In this document: positions 13,280-22,813 of the stretch, in pieces
Layout: each line of letters starts with the position of its first letter
Position numbering within the stretch: the stretch's first letter is position 1
DNA from: Candidatus Eiseniibacteriota bacterium
GTDB lineage: Bacteria; Joyebacterota; Joyebacteria; Joyebacterales; Joyebacteraceae
Direction: 5' to 3'
NCBI GenBank assembly: GCA_030600655.1
Contig: JAUVLP010000001.1
Span: 2,022-66,021 of the forward strand
Length of the DNA stretch: 64,000 nt
Position numbers and translations under genes: made by a program
Notes under the pieces: model-generated
What the model was told of the DNA's origin: nothing
The model's input: the letters and a program-made list of their open reading frames with translations, nothing else
Database searches by the model: none

Positions 13280-14554
13280 ATGCTGGAGGCCGGCCTCCTG
13301 GTCACGAACATAGGTCAGTTGGTTACCGTACGAGGGCCTGATGCCGCGCGACGCGGCCGAGCGATGAGCGATCTGGGGATCGTGGAGTCCGGGGCCATCG
13401 CGGCCTTGGGTGGTCGCATAGTGGCATTGGGACCAGAGCGCGAGGTTCTGGATGCAGTCTCGGTAGGTTCCGGGACTGTGGAGCTGGATGCCGGGGGCTG
13501 TGTTGTAACCCCGGGGCTGGTTGATCCGCATACACACGCCGTCTTCGCGCGAACGCGGGAGAACGAGTTCGCGATGCGCGTCGAGGGTAGAAGCTATGAG
13601 GACATCGCGGAGGCCGGAGGCGGGATCCGCTCAAGTGTGAGGAGCGTGCGTCTGGCATCGGAGGATGAGCTCTTCTCTCGCGGTGCGAAGACGCTCGACA
13701 GGATGATGGAGTTTGGGACGACGACGGCAGAGGTGAAGAGCGGCTACGGTCTCTCTCTGGAGGCTGAACTCAAAATGCTCCGCGTTATTGCCAGGTTGTC
13801 CGAGCTCCACGCGCTCGACGTTGTTCCGACGTTTCTTGGGGCTCACGAATTTCCTGATGAGTACCGTGAAGACCGCGATGGATACGTTTCGGAGCTTACC
13901 CAGCGGATGATACCTGCGGTGGCCCGCGCGAAACTGGCACGCTTCTGTGATGTCTTCTGCGAGCGTGGCGTATTCTCGATCGAGCAGTCGCGGTCCGTTC
14001 TGCTCGCGGCACAAAAGCACGGAATGGCTTCGAAACTTCATGCTGATGAGCTTAATGCCTTTGGTGGAGCTGAACTTGCGGCTGAGCTCTCCGCGGTCTC
14101 TGCGGACCACCTTGTCTGTGCATCGGACGAGGGACTGAGAGCGATGGCTGACGGTGGGGTGGTGGCGGTGCTCCTGCCGGGTACGACGCTCTCTCTGGGG
14201 AAGAGGGAGTTCGCACGGGCGAGGTTCATGATCGAAGCGGGGGGTGCGATTGCGCTTGCCACCGATTGCAACCCGGGAAGCTCCATGACTGAATCGATGC
14301 AGATCATAATTGCCTTGGCGTCGATGGTGATGAGTATGACGCCGGAAGAGGCCCTGGTGGCCGCGACGATCAATGCTGCAAGTGCTGTGGGTATGGAGAG
14401 CAGCGTGGGGTCGCTGGCCGTGGGCAAACTCTGCGACCTGGTTCTCTGGGAGGTAAACGACTACAGAGCGATTCCCTATCACTACGGCGTGAATCTGACG
14501 GCGAGCGTCGTCAAGCGCGGAACGGTTGTGTCAACACGCGGTCACGCTGTGTAA
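13280..14554 (+). CDS. hutI: Imidazolonepropionase
   Basis: MLEAGLLVTNIGQLVT..., the metal-binding GLVDPHTHAVF motif and a downstream amidohydrolase fold (HADE...). The first ATG is 14 nt after the hutU stop. The track ORF extends upstream only as an overlap shadow. Confidence 0.9.
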   Translation: MLEAGLLVTNIGQLVTVRGPDAARRGRAMSDLGIVESGAIAALGGRIVALGPEREVLDAVSVGSGTVELDAGGCVVTPGLVDPHTHAVFARTRENEFAMRVEGRSYEDIAEAGGGIRSSVRSVRLASEDELFSRGAKTLDRMMEFGTTTAEVKSGYGLSLEAELKMLRVIARLSELHALDVVPTFLGAHEFPDEYREDRDGYVSELTQRMIPAVARAKLARFCDVFCERGVFSIEQSRSVLLAAQKHGMASKLHADELNAFGGAELAAELSAVSADHLVCASDEGLRAMADGGVVAVLLPGTTLSLGKREFARARFMIEAGGAIALATDCNPGSSMTESMQIIIALASMVMSMTPEEALVAATINAASAVGMESSVGSLAVGKLCDLVLWEVNDYRAIPYHYGVNLTASVVKRGTVVSTRGHAV

Positions 14555-14606
14555 GAGGCGGCCAGGGGCGCCTGTGACGGCGTGTTCTTGAGACGGAGGT
14601 AATCAA

Positions 14607-15506
14607 ATGAGACTTGTTGAGTGTGTCCCGAACTTCAGCGAGGGGCGACGTCCCGAGGTTCTCGATGAGATCGTCGGAGCGATGACGGCAGTTGAAGGAG
14701 TAAGACTGCTGGACAAGGAAATGGACGCGGATCACAACCGGGCCGTTGTTACGATCATCGGGGACCCCGATGTGGTCCTGGAAGGGGTATTCAAAGGGAT
14801 TGAGAAGGCGCGCGATCTTATCGATCTGACGAAGCACGAGGGGGAGCACCCGCGCATGGGAGCGACAGACGTCTGCCCATTCGTGCCGGTCAGTGAGGTT
14901 ACGATGGATGAGTGCGTCGAGCTGGCGAAGAAACTCGGTGAGAGAGTGGGCAGCGAGCTGGACATCCCAGTTTTCCTCTACGAGGCGGCGGCGACTCGTC
15001 CGACGCGCCAGAATCTTGCCAAGGTCAGAAAGGGCCAGTTCGAAGGGCTGAGGGACGAGATAGGGACGAACCCGGCCAAGGAGCCCGACTTCGGTCCGAA
15101 CAGAATACATCCGACAGCGGGCGCGATAGCGATCGGGGCACGGGAGTTCCTTGTGGCGTTCAACATCAACCTTGGGACCGATGACATCAAGATTGCCAAG
15201 CGAATCGCGAAGTCGATACGGCATGCGGGTGGCGGTCTCAGGTATGTGAAGGCCATGGGTTTTGAGATCAAGGATCGCGGTATCGTCCAGGTATCGATGA
15301 ACATGGTGCACTACAAAGGGACACCGCTGTTCCGTGTCTTTGAGCTTGTCAAGAGCGAGGCGGAGCGGTATGGCGTTCCGGTCATAGGAAGCGAGATCGT
15401 TGGGTTGGTGCCGCTCGATGCGCTCGTTGACTGCGCCGATTTCTTCCTGAGGCTCGAGAATTTCGATCGCGATCTGATATTGGAGAACCGTCTTTCCGAG
15501 AAGTAG
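14607..15506 (+). CDS. Glutamate formimidoyltransferase (FtcD N-terminal-type domain as a stand-alone protein)
   Basis: 299 aa beginning MRLVECVPNFSEGRR, the signature start of formiminotransferase domains. It sits directly after hutU/hutI. Confidence 0.85.
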   Translation: MRLVECVPNFSEGRRPEVLDEIVGAMTAVEGVRLLDKEMDADHNRAVVTIIGDPDVVLEGVFKGIEKARDLIDLTKHEGEHPRMGATDVCPFVPVSEVTMDECVELAKKLGERVGSELDIPVFLYEAAATRPTRQNLAKVRKGQFEGLRDEIGTNPAKEPDFGPNRIHPTAGAIAIGAREFLVAFNINLGTDDIKIAKRIAKSIRHAGGGLRYVKAMGFEIKDRGIVQVSMNMVHYKGTPLFRVFELVKSEAERYGVPVIGSEIVGLVPLDALVDCADFFLRLENFDRDLILENRLSEK

Positions 15507-15520
15507 GGATTGGAGGTCCA

Positions 15521-16147
15521 ATGACTGCAGTAAACGATTTCCTGGCAGAGCTTGCTTCAGCTTCTCCCACGCCGGGCGGAGGCAGTGTCGCGGCGCTCTC
15601 CGGCGCTCTTGGAGCCTCACTCTGTTCGATGGTCTGTAACCTCACGATCGGCAAAAAGAAATACGTGGAAGTTGAGGAAGATCTGAAGAGAGTCCTGAAG
15701 GAGACGGAACGGCTTCGCCTGGAGCTGACCCGGCTGATAGATGAAGACGCGGCAGCCTTTGACAAGGTTATGGTCGCGATGAAGCTTCCCAAAGAGACCG
15801 ACGATGAGAAGGCAGCAAGGAAGGCTGCGATTCAGGACAGCCTCGTGGATGCAGCCAGCGTTCCTCTCGCGGTCATGGACAAGTGCGTTGAGGTGGTCGA
15901 GCTGTCTGTTGCTGTTGCTGAGAAGGGGAATGTCAACGCTGTCTCCGATGCAGGAGTAGCGGCGCTGAACGCTCGAGCCGGCGCCCACGCGGCGCGCCTG
16001 AACGTGCTTATCAATCTTGGCGGTATCCGGGCCGAACGGCATGCTGTGTTCGTTGAGAAGGCGCGGATCGCTCTGAATAAGATGACGGAAAGGGCCGACC
16101 GCCTCGCCGGGGACGCCATGGCTACGGTGCTCGAGAAGGTATCGTAG
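15521..16147 (+). CDS. Formiminotetrahydrofolate cyclodeaminase (FtcD C-terminal-type domain as a stand-alone protein)
   Basis: 208 aa. LAELASASPTPGGGSVAALSGALGASLCSMVCNLTIGKKKY matches the cyclodeaminase domain signature. It is helical and follows the formimidoyltransferase by 14 nt. Confidence 0.8.
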   Translation: MTAVNDFLAELASASPTPGGGSVAALSGALGASLCSMVCNLTIGKKKYVEVEEDLKRVLKETERLRLELTRLIDEDAAAFDKVMVAMKLPKETDDEKAARKAAIQDSLVDAASVPLAVMDKCVEVVELSVAVAEKGNVNAVSDAGVAALNARAGAHAARLNVLINLGGIRAERHAVFVEKARIALNKMTERADRLAGDAMATVLEKVS

Positions 16148-16173
16148 CACGCAGTCTATATAGCGGAGGTGTT

Positions 16174-16617
16174 GTGCGATCGTTTTTCTTGCCGGCATTC
16201 GTAGCCTGCGTTGTCGCCCTGACGGGATGCGCGCCATCGACTATTGCCGAGAATCCACCGGGCGTCCTGATGGCAGGAGATAGTCAGCCGGGCGGACTCA
16301 CCGAGCTCGATACGTACTCCCTCATCTCGCTCGCGGTCACAGAAGGCGAAATCGGTTACTCGACAGGCCTTCTGTACAAGGTGTACGCGATGTACGACCC
16401 ATTGAGTCTGCCGTCCGAATACAGGAGCGAGGTTCCAGGCAAGTGCGGAACGCCGCTCATCGATGAGGTCCAGCGCAATTGGGGGCGCCTGACTCCGGCG
16501 GACAAGGCTGAGATATCTCAGTACATCAAGCCGATTGGCGAGAGAGATTTCGGCGGCACCCAGCTTGATGACGTTACGCCCGACCAGCTTGAGCGTGAGA
16601 GAACGGCGATCGACTGA
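16174..16617 (+). CDS. Predicted lipoprotein of unknown function
   Basis: GTG start after GGAGG. The N-terminus MRSFFLPAFVACVVALTGCAPS carries a lipobox (L-T-G-C). No recognisable homology. Confidence 0.5.
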   Translation: MRSFFLPAFVACVVALTGCAPSTIAENPPGVLMAGDSQPGGLTELDTYSLISLAVTEGEIGYSTGLLYKVYAMYDPLSLPSEYRSEVPGKCGTPLIDEVQRNWGRLTPADKAEISQYIKPIGERDFGGTQLDDVTPDQLERERTAID

Positions 16618-16675
16618 CGGTTGCCGGCACGGTGTGGGTGTCGATGACTCTCGCTGCCACGGTGTGGAGGTAACG

Positions 16676-17257
16676 ATGATCGACCGGGAGAGGGCCGGGG
16701 GACGGGGTACTCGCGACCTTGTGCTGATGGCGATCCTGACTGCGCTGGCTGTCGCGCTCGGTATGCTGCTCGTGCACGTCCCGAACATCGAACTTGTCTC
16801 CTTCACTGTGTTCGTGTCTGGGGCCGTGCTGGGACGCTGGAGAGGAGCCTGTCTGGGGATGATCGCGATGGGGCTCTACTCCGGGGTGAACCCCATTGGT
16901 TCCGGCCTGGGCATCCCACCCATGTTCGTTGCGCAGGTTCTTGCTACAGGGTTCATCGGTTTTGCCGGCGGTCTCCTGAGAGGGATATGGCGGATGGGGG
17001 CGCGCGCGCGCGAAGTGATCCTCGCGGCCGTGACCGGATTGGCATTGACGGGCATCTACCAGGTCGGTGTTGTCACCGGCCTGGCAGTGGCCAGCCTGGA
17101 TGTGGGCACGGGATTCAAGGCGGCGTTTGTGGCCAATGCCTTCTTCTCGACTGTGCACATGGTGTCCAACACGATAGTCTTCGCTGTGCTTGTGCCGGTG
17201 ATTGTACCTCAAGCCATTGCTAAGGCCGGCCGGCGTGCGGATTCACGATCGGCGTGA
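16676..17257 (+). CDS. Small polytopic membrane protein, possibly an ECF-transporter S-component-like substrate-binding subunit
   Basis: ATG preceded by GGAGGTAACG. About 193 aa with 5-6 hydrophobic helices (LVLMAILTALAVALGMLLV..., FVSGAVLGRW..., VLATGFIGFAGGLL...). Its size and topology resemble ECF S components. Substrate unknown. Confidence 0.4.
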   Translation: MIDRERAGGRGTRDLVLMAILTALAVALGMLLVHVPNIELVSFTVFVSGAVLGRWRGACLGMIAMGLYSGVNPIGSGLGIPPMFVAQVLATGFIGFAGGLLRGIWRMGARAREVILAAVTGLALTGIYQVGVVTGLAVASLDVGTGFKAAFVANAFFSTVHMVSNTIVFAVLVPVIVPQAIAKAGRRADSRSA

Positions 17258-17283
17258 CTGGAATACTCTTTTGTGAGGGATCG

Positions 17284-19206
17284 ATGATAGCAGTCCGCAA
17301 CCTTGTTACTGTTCTGGCTGTCATGGTGAGTGCCGTTCTCGTTGCTGCGCAGGAACCGGAAGATGTACAGAAGCCGGAGCCATTCGCTCCGGACAGCACC
17401 GAGGTCCGCCCCGCGCTGCATGAGCACGAGAGCCCGGACACGCTATTGCTCGAGCGCATGTGGCATCCGTTTCCTATCGTTGCTGCCCAGAGTGTGGCTC
17501 CCACAGGGACGGAGAACACTGCGGCTCTTCTTGCAGGGATTCCTGGAGTGCGGATGGAGTCACCCGGTTGGCAAGGTCACCGTATGTCACTTGCCTGCGG
17601 GGGGCTTTCTCCCTCGATGACAACGGTGTTCCTGGGCGGCCGAGACGCGCACGACCGTGTTCTTGGAGGACTGGACCTCCTGGAGGCGTATGGGGTCTCG
17701 GACGATGTGGTGTTGGTTCCGAGCGGCCCGGATCTCTCGATATGGCCATTCGCAACAATGGAGCGAGTCAACGTGGCGCCCTTCGGGCCGGCGGGCTCGG
17801 GAGCAGGTGGTGGTGGGCTCTCCGTGAGCCTCCATCCAGGGAGGAAACCTGCTGCTGCGCCATTCGCCAGGGTGGGGATGATGAGTGGGGGGTTGGGCGC
17901 CCGCGCCCGGGCATTCGAGTTTGGACGACGTCTCCTGAGTGGAGACGTGGGTTTTCAGGGCTTCATGGAGGCGAGAGAGGGGCGGGCGCCGGTGCCGGGC
18001 GGGTCGTACGACAGCGGAATCATGGGTGGTAGAATCACAATTGCTCTTCCTGGGGCGTGGAGGGCCGATGCTCGGGGGATGAGAATGGATGTCCAACGGG
18101 ATCTTCCATTCGAATTCTCAAACGTTGCATCGGTGAACAATCGTCTCATCAGAAGCGATGTCGATCTGGTCGCGACAGACGGAAGAACTCGCGTCCAGCT
18201 ATTTCACATGGAGACGTGGCTCAACTCGGAGCGATCGGGCGCCGACGGCGGCCATATCGACGGTACAACGAGTGGTGTGGCGCTCTCCTTCGCTGCCGGT
18301 CCCTTCGACGCCGTGCGGATTCACGCTGCGAGCCACAGCGCACGCGGGTCGCTGCTTCAGGAGCGGCAGGATGCTGTCACGATGGCTGCGGGCGTCGACC
18401 GCAGGCTGAAGTGCGGTTCGAGCTGGACACTCTATGCGTCCGCCGGAGCAAGCCGCGAACGTGAAGCGCTTATTCCGCAAGCGGCTCTTCTTCTCACGCG
18501 TGGTCCCGTAGCGAGCGGCGTCTGGATGGCAGCGAATCTTGGCGGACGACAACCCACGGTTTCCGAGCTTGCGCTTGTCGAGGTGCCGATTCCGGGCGCC
18601 GGTGATGCGGGGGTGTTCCTGGAAGGAAACCATGCGCTCGATCCTGAAACGGTCGCTGCTCTCAGCTGCGGTTGGTCGGGCCACACGAGCGTCATTTCTG
18701 GAGGTGTGATGGGCGGGCTGTCCAGAGTGGATGCACGAATCGTGCTTCTCGAAGGCGACGATGGTGCTCTTCTTCCCGTCAACTGCAGCAGCGAGACAAC
18801 AGGAGCGCTTTCACTGTGGGCGGTTCTCAATGACAGTCTGAGGGGCGGTGCCCGCGTGCGTGTGGACCTCACGGAGGCCGCCGGAGATGCCCGCAGTTTG
18901 GTTCCGGTTCCTCCGGTACGGGTTGATGCAGAGGTGTGGCTGGTGCGACTACTCTTCAAGGAAACGCTGAGCACACGATTGGGGCTCGCGGTGATGTACG
19001 AGGCGCCGGATGCGGGAGAGTTCTGGGGAGATGTGGTAGATGATCGTGCGCTCTACACGCGAGCGAGCGTTACCGGGAACGTGGGACCCGCGCATATCTA
19101 CATCCACATGGACAACCCATTTGAGACAGACCACCCGCGTTGGCCGGGGCGCGATGTGGCCGGCCGGGGTTTCACCTTCGGGTTTTCCTGGGACTTCTGG
19201 AACTGA
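17284..19206 (+). CDS. Secreted outer-membrane receptor-like protein (TonB-dependent-receptor plug-like N-terminal region)
   Basis: Signal peptide MIAVRNLVTVLAVMVSAVLVAAQEP. The region GIPGVRMESPGWQGHRMSLACGGLSPSMTTVFLGGRDAHDRVLGGLDLLEAYGVSDDVVLV...MERVNVAP resembles a TonB-receptor plug. The β-rich C-terminus ends in aromatic residues (FSWDFWN). At 640 aa it is short for a canonical TBDR. Confidence 0.4.
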   Translation: MIAVRNLVTVLAVMVSAVLVAAQEPEDVQKPEPFAPDSTEVRPALHEHESPDTLLLERMWHPFPIVAAQSVAPTGTENTAALLAGIPGVRMESPGWQGHRMSLACGGLSPSMTTVFLGGRDAHDRVLGGLDLLEAYGVSDDVVLVPSGPDLSIWPFATMERVNVAPFGPAGSGAGGGGLSVSLHPGRKPAAAPFARVGMMSGGLGARARAFEFGRRLLSGDVGFQGFMEAREGRAPVPGGSYDSGIMGGRITIALPGAWRADARGMRMDVQRDLPFEFSNVASVNNRLIRSDVDLVATDGRTRVQLFHMETWLNSERSGADGGHIDGTTSGVALSFAAGPFDAVRIHAASHSARGSLLQERQDAVTMAAGVDRRLKCGSSWTLYASAGASREREALIPQAALLLTRGPVASGVWMAANLGGRQPTVSELALVEVPIPGAGDAGVFLEGNHALDPETVAALSCGWSGHTSVISGGVMGGLSRVDARIVLLEGDDGALLPVNCSSETTGALSLWAVLNDSLRGGARVRVDLTEAAGDARSLVPVPPVRVDAEVWLVRLLFKETLSTRLGLAVMYEAPDAGEFWGDVVDDRALYTRASVTGNVGPAHIYIHMDNPFETDHPRWPGRDVAGRGFTFGFSWDFWN

Positions 19207-19346
19207 TCGACTCAGCCGGCCTCAGCCCTTGCTACTACTAACCGTCCCCACGACATGTCTGTTCCCTGGATTCCCCTACCATGTAGCCGATACGAAGTAC
19301 CCTTGTTCCCGAGTGGTCGGCCCGCAGGGCGACTGCGAGGAATAGT

Positions 19347-19375
19347 TTGCATTGCGTTTTGCAATTCGTTAGATT
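19347..19375 (+). promoter_or_regulatory. Candidate sigma-70 promoter for comEA (TTGCAT-17-TAGATT)
   Basis: TTGCAT at 19347-19352, a 17-nt spacer, then TAGATT at 19370-19375, about 25 nt upstream of the comEA ATG. The local sequence is more AT-rich than its surroundings. Confidence 0.35.
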
Positions 19376-19400
19376 CAATAGATTGGGTGGGGGTGATGGG

Positions 19401-19802
19401 ATGAAGGGCATCTTCACGCGTGATGAGCGCGCAGTCATCGTGTTTCTTCTGCTGGCCGTTCTGGTTGGCATCATAGTACTTGCGGTAGGGCGCGTTGACC
19501 CGTCGCGCGTCGAAGGGCTTCTGCCGTCTACGGCAACGGTTGAGGAAACGGTCACGGAGGGTCTGACTCCGGTCTGGCCCCTGAATCTGAACACTGCCGG
19601 AGAGACCGAACTTGTTGAGCTTCCCGGCATAGGCCCCGTCCGCGCGAGGGCCATCATCGAACTCAGACAGACGCTGGGGCGTTTCTCGGATCCGGAAGAC
19701 CTCCTCGAGGTGAAGGGGATAGGTCCGCGAACTCTCGAGCGCATGAGGTCCTTGATAGTCGTTGATAACATCCTGCTTCCGTCCGAGGTGGAAGGAGAGT
19801 AG
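19401..19802 (+). CDS. comEA: ComEA-family competence protein (membrane-anchored tandem helix-hairpin-helix DNA-binding)
   Basis: N-terminal TM segment VIVFLLLAVLVGIIVLAVG. The C-terminus LNLNTAGETELVELPGIGPVRARAIIELRQTLGRFSDPEDLLEVKGIGPRTLERM is the classic ComEA HhH module. ATG follows GGGGGTGA. Confidence 0.8.
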   Translation: MKGIFTRDERAVIVFLLLAVLVGIIVLAVGRVDPSRVEGLLPSTATVEETVTEGLTPVWPLNLNTAGETELVELPGIGPVRARAIIELRQTLGRFSDPEDLLEVKGIGPRTLERMRSLIVVDNILLPSEVEGE

Positions 19803-19808
19803 TGACTG

Positions 19809-21413
19809 ATGAGGCAGCTGTCGACTGTGAGGAGCGCCATCGCCGGGCGACTTGTTGTGGCCGCCGTCGTAATAGGTGTCGCATCCATTAGTCGAGATGA
19901 CTTCAACCTGGCGCCGGTTGTGGTGCTTGGTGCTGTCACACTTTTCCTGAGCGGGTGCTTCCATTTCTGGCACTCGTGGGGTAGGTGGCGTGATGCGGTT
20001 CTGCCGGTTCAGCTGGCCTCAGACATTGCATTGATCACTCTCCTTGTCTACTTCACGGGCGGGATAGGAAGTCCCTTCAAGTTGCTCTATTTCCTACCCG
20101 TGATTGCTGCTGCGTCGACGCTTGGAACTCGGGCCGGAGTCGTGGTCGCTGTCGGAGGACTGGCGGCGTTTGCCGGACTGTTCTTCATCGACCGGTCGGG
20201 TATGTTGGACCGGCTTGGACGCCAGCCTATTGAAGAGGGTGTTATTCTCTCGGTGTCGCTGATCCTGGTCGCACTTCTGGTCGGTTTCCTGGGCGTCCGC
20301 ACGCGGGAGAGCGAACAGAGGTTGGAGGAGACCAGGTCCGAGCTGGCGAGAGCGCAGATTCGTGCGGAGAACATCGTGGAGAGCATCCGGAGCGGGCTTG
20401 TTCTGGTCGACAGCGATGGAGTTCTCATCCACCTGAATCGAGCCGGACGCCGCATCCTGGGTATTGCTTCTCTGCCGGAACAAGGCCGGGGTTTCCGCGA
20501 TGTGCTATCGGAGCAGCCGGACTTCTCCCGACACATCACCGCCTCGCTCGGGGAACAACGTTCCGAGGCGCGTGTGGAGCTGCTGGTCACGCGCCCCGAT
20601 GGATCTGAGGTCCCCGTGGGTCTTTCAACCTCCGTTCTTCGCGACGACAAGGGTAAGGCAAGAGGAGCGATCGCGATATTCCAGGATCTCACAGATGTCC
20701 GAGAGCTTGAACAGAGGATGCGTCACGCCGACCGTCTTGCTGCGCTCGGCGAGTTTGCGGCCGGGCTCGCTCACGAAATCCGCAATCCCCTGAACGCGAT
20801 CCAGGGTTCGGTTGAGATGATCCGGGAGGGGATCGATCCAGGGAGCGATGATGCGAAGCTGGTCGAACTCGTGCTGAAGGAGTCTGCGAGGCTGAGCAAT
20901 CTCGTCCAGGGTGTGTTGAGCTACGGGCGGGTGGAAGAGGGCGTGGTCGGACGCGTGGATCTGGGCGAACTCGTTCGCGAGGTATCTCTTCTCGCGAGGA
21001 ACCACTCGAGCTACAGATCAGAGATCGTTCTTGGCGTCGACTGCAGCGGAGCGAGCGTCCGGGGAAATCCCGAACAGATACGGCAGATTCTCCTGAACCT
21101 TATCATCAATGCTTTCGAGGCGATCGTGGGGAACGGCCGGGTTAACGTGTTTCTGCTGCCTGCTGCCGAGATGAATCCGGAGGTGTTGAGGGAAGAGGTA
21201 GCGGTGGTGGTTGAGGACACCGGATGCGGAATCGGAATGGAGCGAGTGACTCAGATATTCGCGCCATTCGTTACTTCGAAGGCCCGTGGAACCGGGCTTG
21301 GACTAGCGATCGTGGACAAACTCATCGAGCTGCAGGATGGACGGATCATCGTTGAGAGTGAAGAAGGTCGAGGCAGCAGGTTCATCGTTTACCTGCCCGG
21401 AGCGGGCGATTGA
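19809..21413 (+). CDS. Membrane sensor histidine kinase (PAS + HisKA + HATPase)
   Basis: N-terminal TM helices, a PAS-like region (IRSGLVLVDSDGVLIHLNRAGRRILG), the H-box LAHEIRNPLNAI, and N, G1 and G2 boxes (LNLIINAFEA..., EDTGCGI..., GTGLGL). Confidence 0.85.
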   Translation: MRQLSTVRSAIAGRLVVAAVVIGVASISRDDFNLAPVVVLGAVTLFLSGCFHFWHSWGRWRDAVLPVQLASDIALITLLVYFTGGIGSPFKLLYFLPVIAAASTLGTRAGVVVAVGGLAAFAGLFFIDRSGMLDRLGRQPIEEGVILSVSLILVALLVGFLGVRTRESEQRLEETRSELARAQIRAENIVESIRSGLVLVDSDGVLIHLNRAGRRILGIASLPEQGRGFRDVLSEQPDFSRHITASLGEQRSEARVELLVTRPDGSEVPVGLSTSVLRDDKGKARGAIAIFQDLTDVRELEQRMRHADRLAALGEFAAGLAHEIRNPLNAIQGSVEMIREGIDPGSDDAKLVELVLKESARLSNLVQGVLSYGRVEEGVVGRVDLGELVREVSLLARNHSSYRSEIVLGVDCSGASVRGNPEQIRQILLNLIINAFEAIVGNGRVNVFLLPAAEMNPEVLREEVAVVVEDTGCGIGMERVTQIFAPFVTSKARGTGLGLAIVDKLIELQDGRIIVESEEGRGSRFIVYLPGAGD

Positions 21414-21439
21414 CGGAAAGTACTCGGAAGGATATCACG

Positions 21440-22813
21440 ATGGCGCACGGAAGAATTCTGGTCGTGGACGACGAGGACAGTATTCGAGAATATCTCGGGA
21501 TGATGCTGGAGCGTGAGGGCTACGAAGTGCAGTCGGCTGCGGACGGGAAGAAGGCGGTGAGGTTGAGCTCGAAGGAGAGCTTCGATGCCGTTATAACGGA
21601 CATCCAGCTTCCCGGAATGACCGGGATCGATCTGCTCAGCGCATTCCGTGAGTCGGATCCGACGGTTCCCATAATCATCGTGACCGGGCACGCATCTCAG
21701 GAGTCCGCTATCAAGGCCCTGAACCTGGGGGCGTTCTACTACCTTCTGAAACCAGTTTCGAACGAGGAACTCAAGCAGGTTGTGCGAAACGCTCTGGAGA
21801 TGCAGAGGCTCAGGGAGGAGAAGGTCGACCTCGAGCGGGCACTGCATGTGGATACGGACCGTAGCATGATCGGCCAGAGCGAGGGGATACACGGTGTTTT
21901 CGATCTGATCAATCGCGTGGCAAAGACGGCGAGCACCGTGCTTCTGAGAGGGGAGAGCGGCACTGGCAAGGAGTTGGTCGCCCGTGCCATTCACGCGGCG
22001 AGTTCGCGTTCCAGCGAACGCTTCGTTTCGATCAACTGTGGCGCGCTTCCGGAGACGCTCCTCGAGAGCGAGCTCTTTGGACACGTGAAGGGATCCTTCA
22101 CGGGTGCGGTAAGGGACAAACGCGGGCTCTTTGTCGTGGCGGATGGAGGCACCTTCTTTCTCGATGAAGTCAGCGAGACATCACTTGCGATCCAGGTGAA
22201 GCTGCTGCGAGTTCTTCAGGAGCGGGAGGTTGTTCCGGTGGGCGGGACGAAACCGACGAAGGTGAACGTCAGGATCATCGCAGCCACGAATGCCGATCTT
22301 GAGAAGAGCGTTGAGAGTAAGCGGTTCAGACCCGACCTTTACTACAGGCTCAATGTGATCCCGATAGTCATCCCCCCGCTCAGGGAAAGGCGTGACGATA
22401 TCTCACTGCTCGTGAGTCACTTCATAGAGAAGCTCACTGGAGGAGAGAAGACCGTGTCCGATGATGCAATGGCCATTCTGACGAGCTACGACTGGCCGGG
22501 TAATGTGAGGGAACTCGAGAACATCATCGAGCGCGCGGTGATCCTTTCCGACGGACCAGAGATCTCAGGTGAAAGCCTCAACGTATCGATCTTCCCCGAG
22601 CGTCTGAGGAAAAAGACTTCTTCGAGCGTGTCTGCGGGCGATCTCGGCGTGTCCGGTATCACACTCGATGAGCTGGAACGCCGTTATCTGCTCCAGACCC
22701 TCAATGAGATGGGATGGAAGAAGAAGCAGGCGGCCGAAATCCTTGGCATCAATCCTTCCACCCTCTACCGGAAGCTCCAGCGATACGGAATGGAAGAGCA
22801 GATCGAGGAATAG
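21440..22813 (+). CDS. Sigma-54-dependent response regulator (NtrC family: receiver + AAA+ + Fis-type HTH)
   Basis: Receiver MAHGRILVVDDEDSIREYL...D(ITDIQLPGMTG). The AAA+ core has GESGTGKELVARAIH and the GAFTGA-like GSFTGA motif. The C-terminal HTH reads KKKQAAEILGINPSTLYRKLQ. The ATG follows GGAAGGA, and the kinase stop lies just upstream. Confidence 0.9.
   Translation: MAHGRILVVDDEDSIREYLGMMLEREGYEVQSAADGKKAVRLSSKESFDAVITDIQLPGMTGIDLLSAFRESDPTVPIIIVTGHASQESAIKALNLGAFYYLLKPVSNEELKQVVRNALEMQRLREEKVDLERALHVDTDRSMIGQSEGIHGVFDLINRVAKTASTVLLRGESGTGKELVARAIHAASSRSSERFVSINCGALPETLLESELFGHVKGSFTGAVRDKRGLFVVADGGTFFLDEVSETSLAIQVKLLRVLQEREVVPVGGTKPTKVNVRIIAATNADLEKSVESKRFRPDLYYRLNVIPIVIPPLRERRDDISLLVSHFIEKLTGGEKTVSDDAMAILTSYDWPGNVRELENIIERAVILSDGPEISGESLNVSIFPERLRKKTSSSVSAGDLGVSGITLDELERRYLLQTLNEMGWKKKQAAEILGINPSTLYRKLQRYGMEEQIEE

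Noticed and set aside
14511-15620. 369-aa - strand ORF opposite the formimidoyltransferase gene
   Set aside because: It is antisense to a gene with an unmistakable N-terminal signature (MRLVECVPNFSEGRR) and has no recognisable features of its own.
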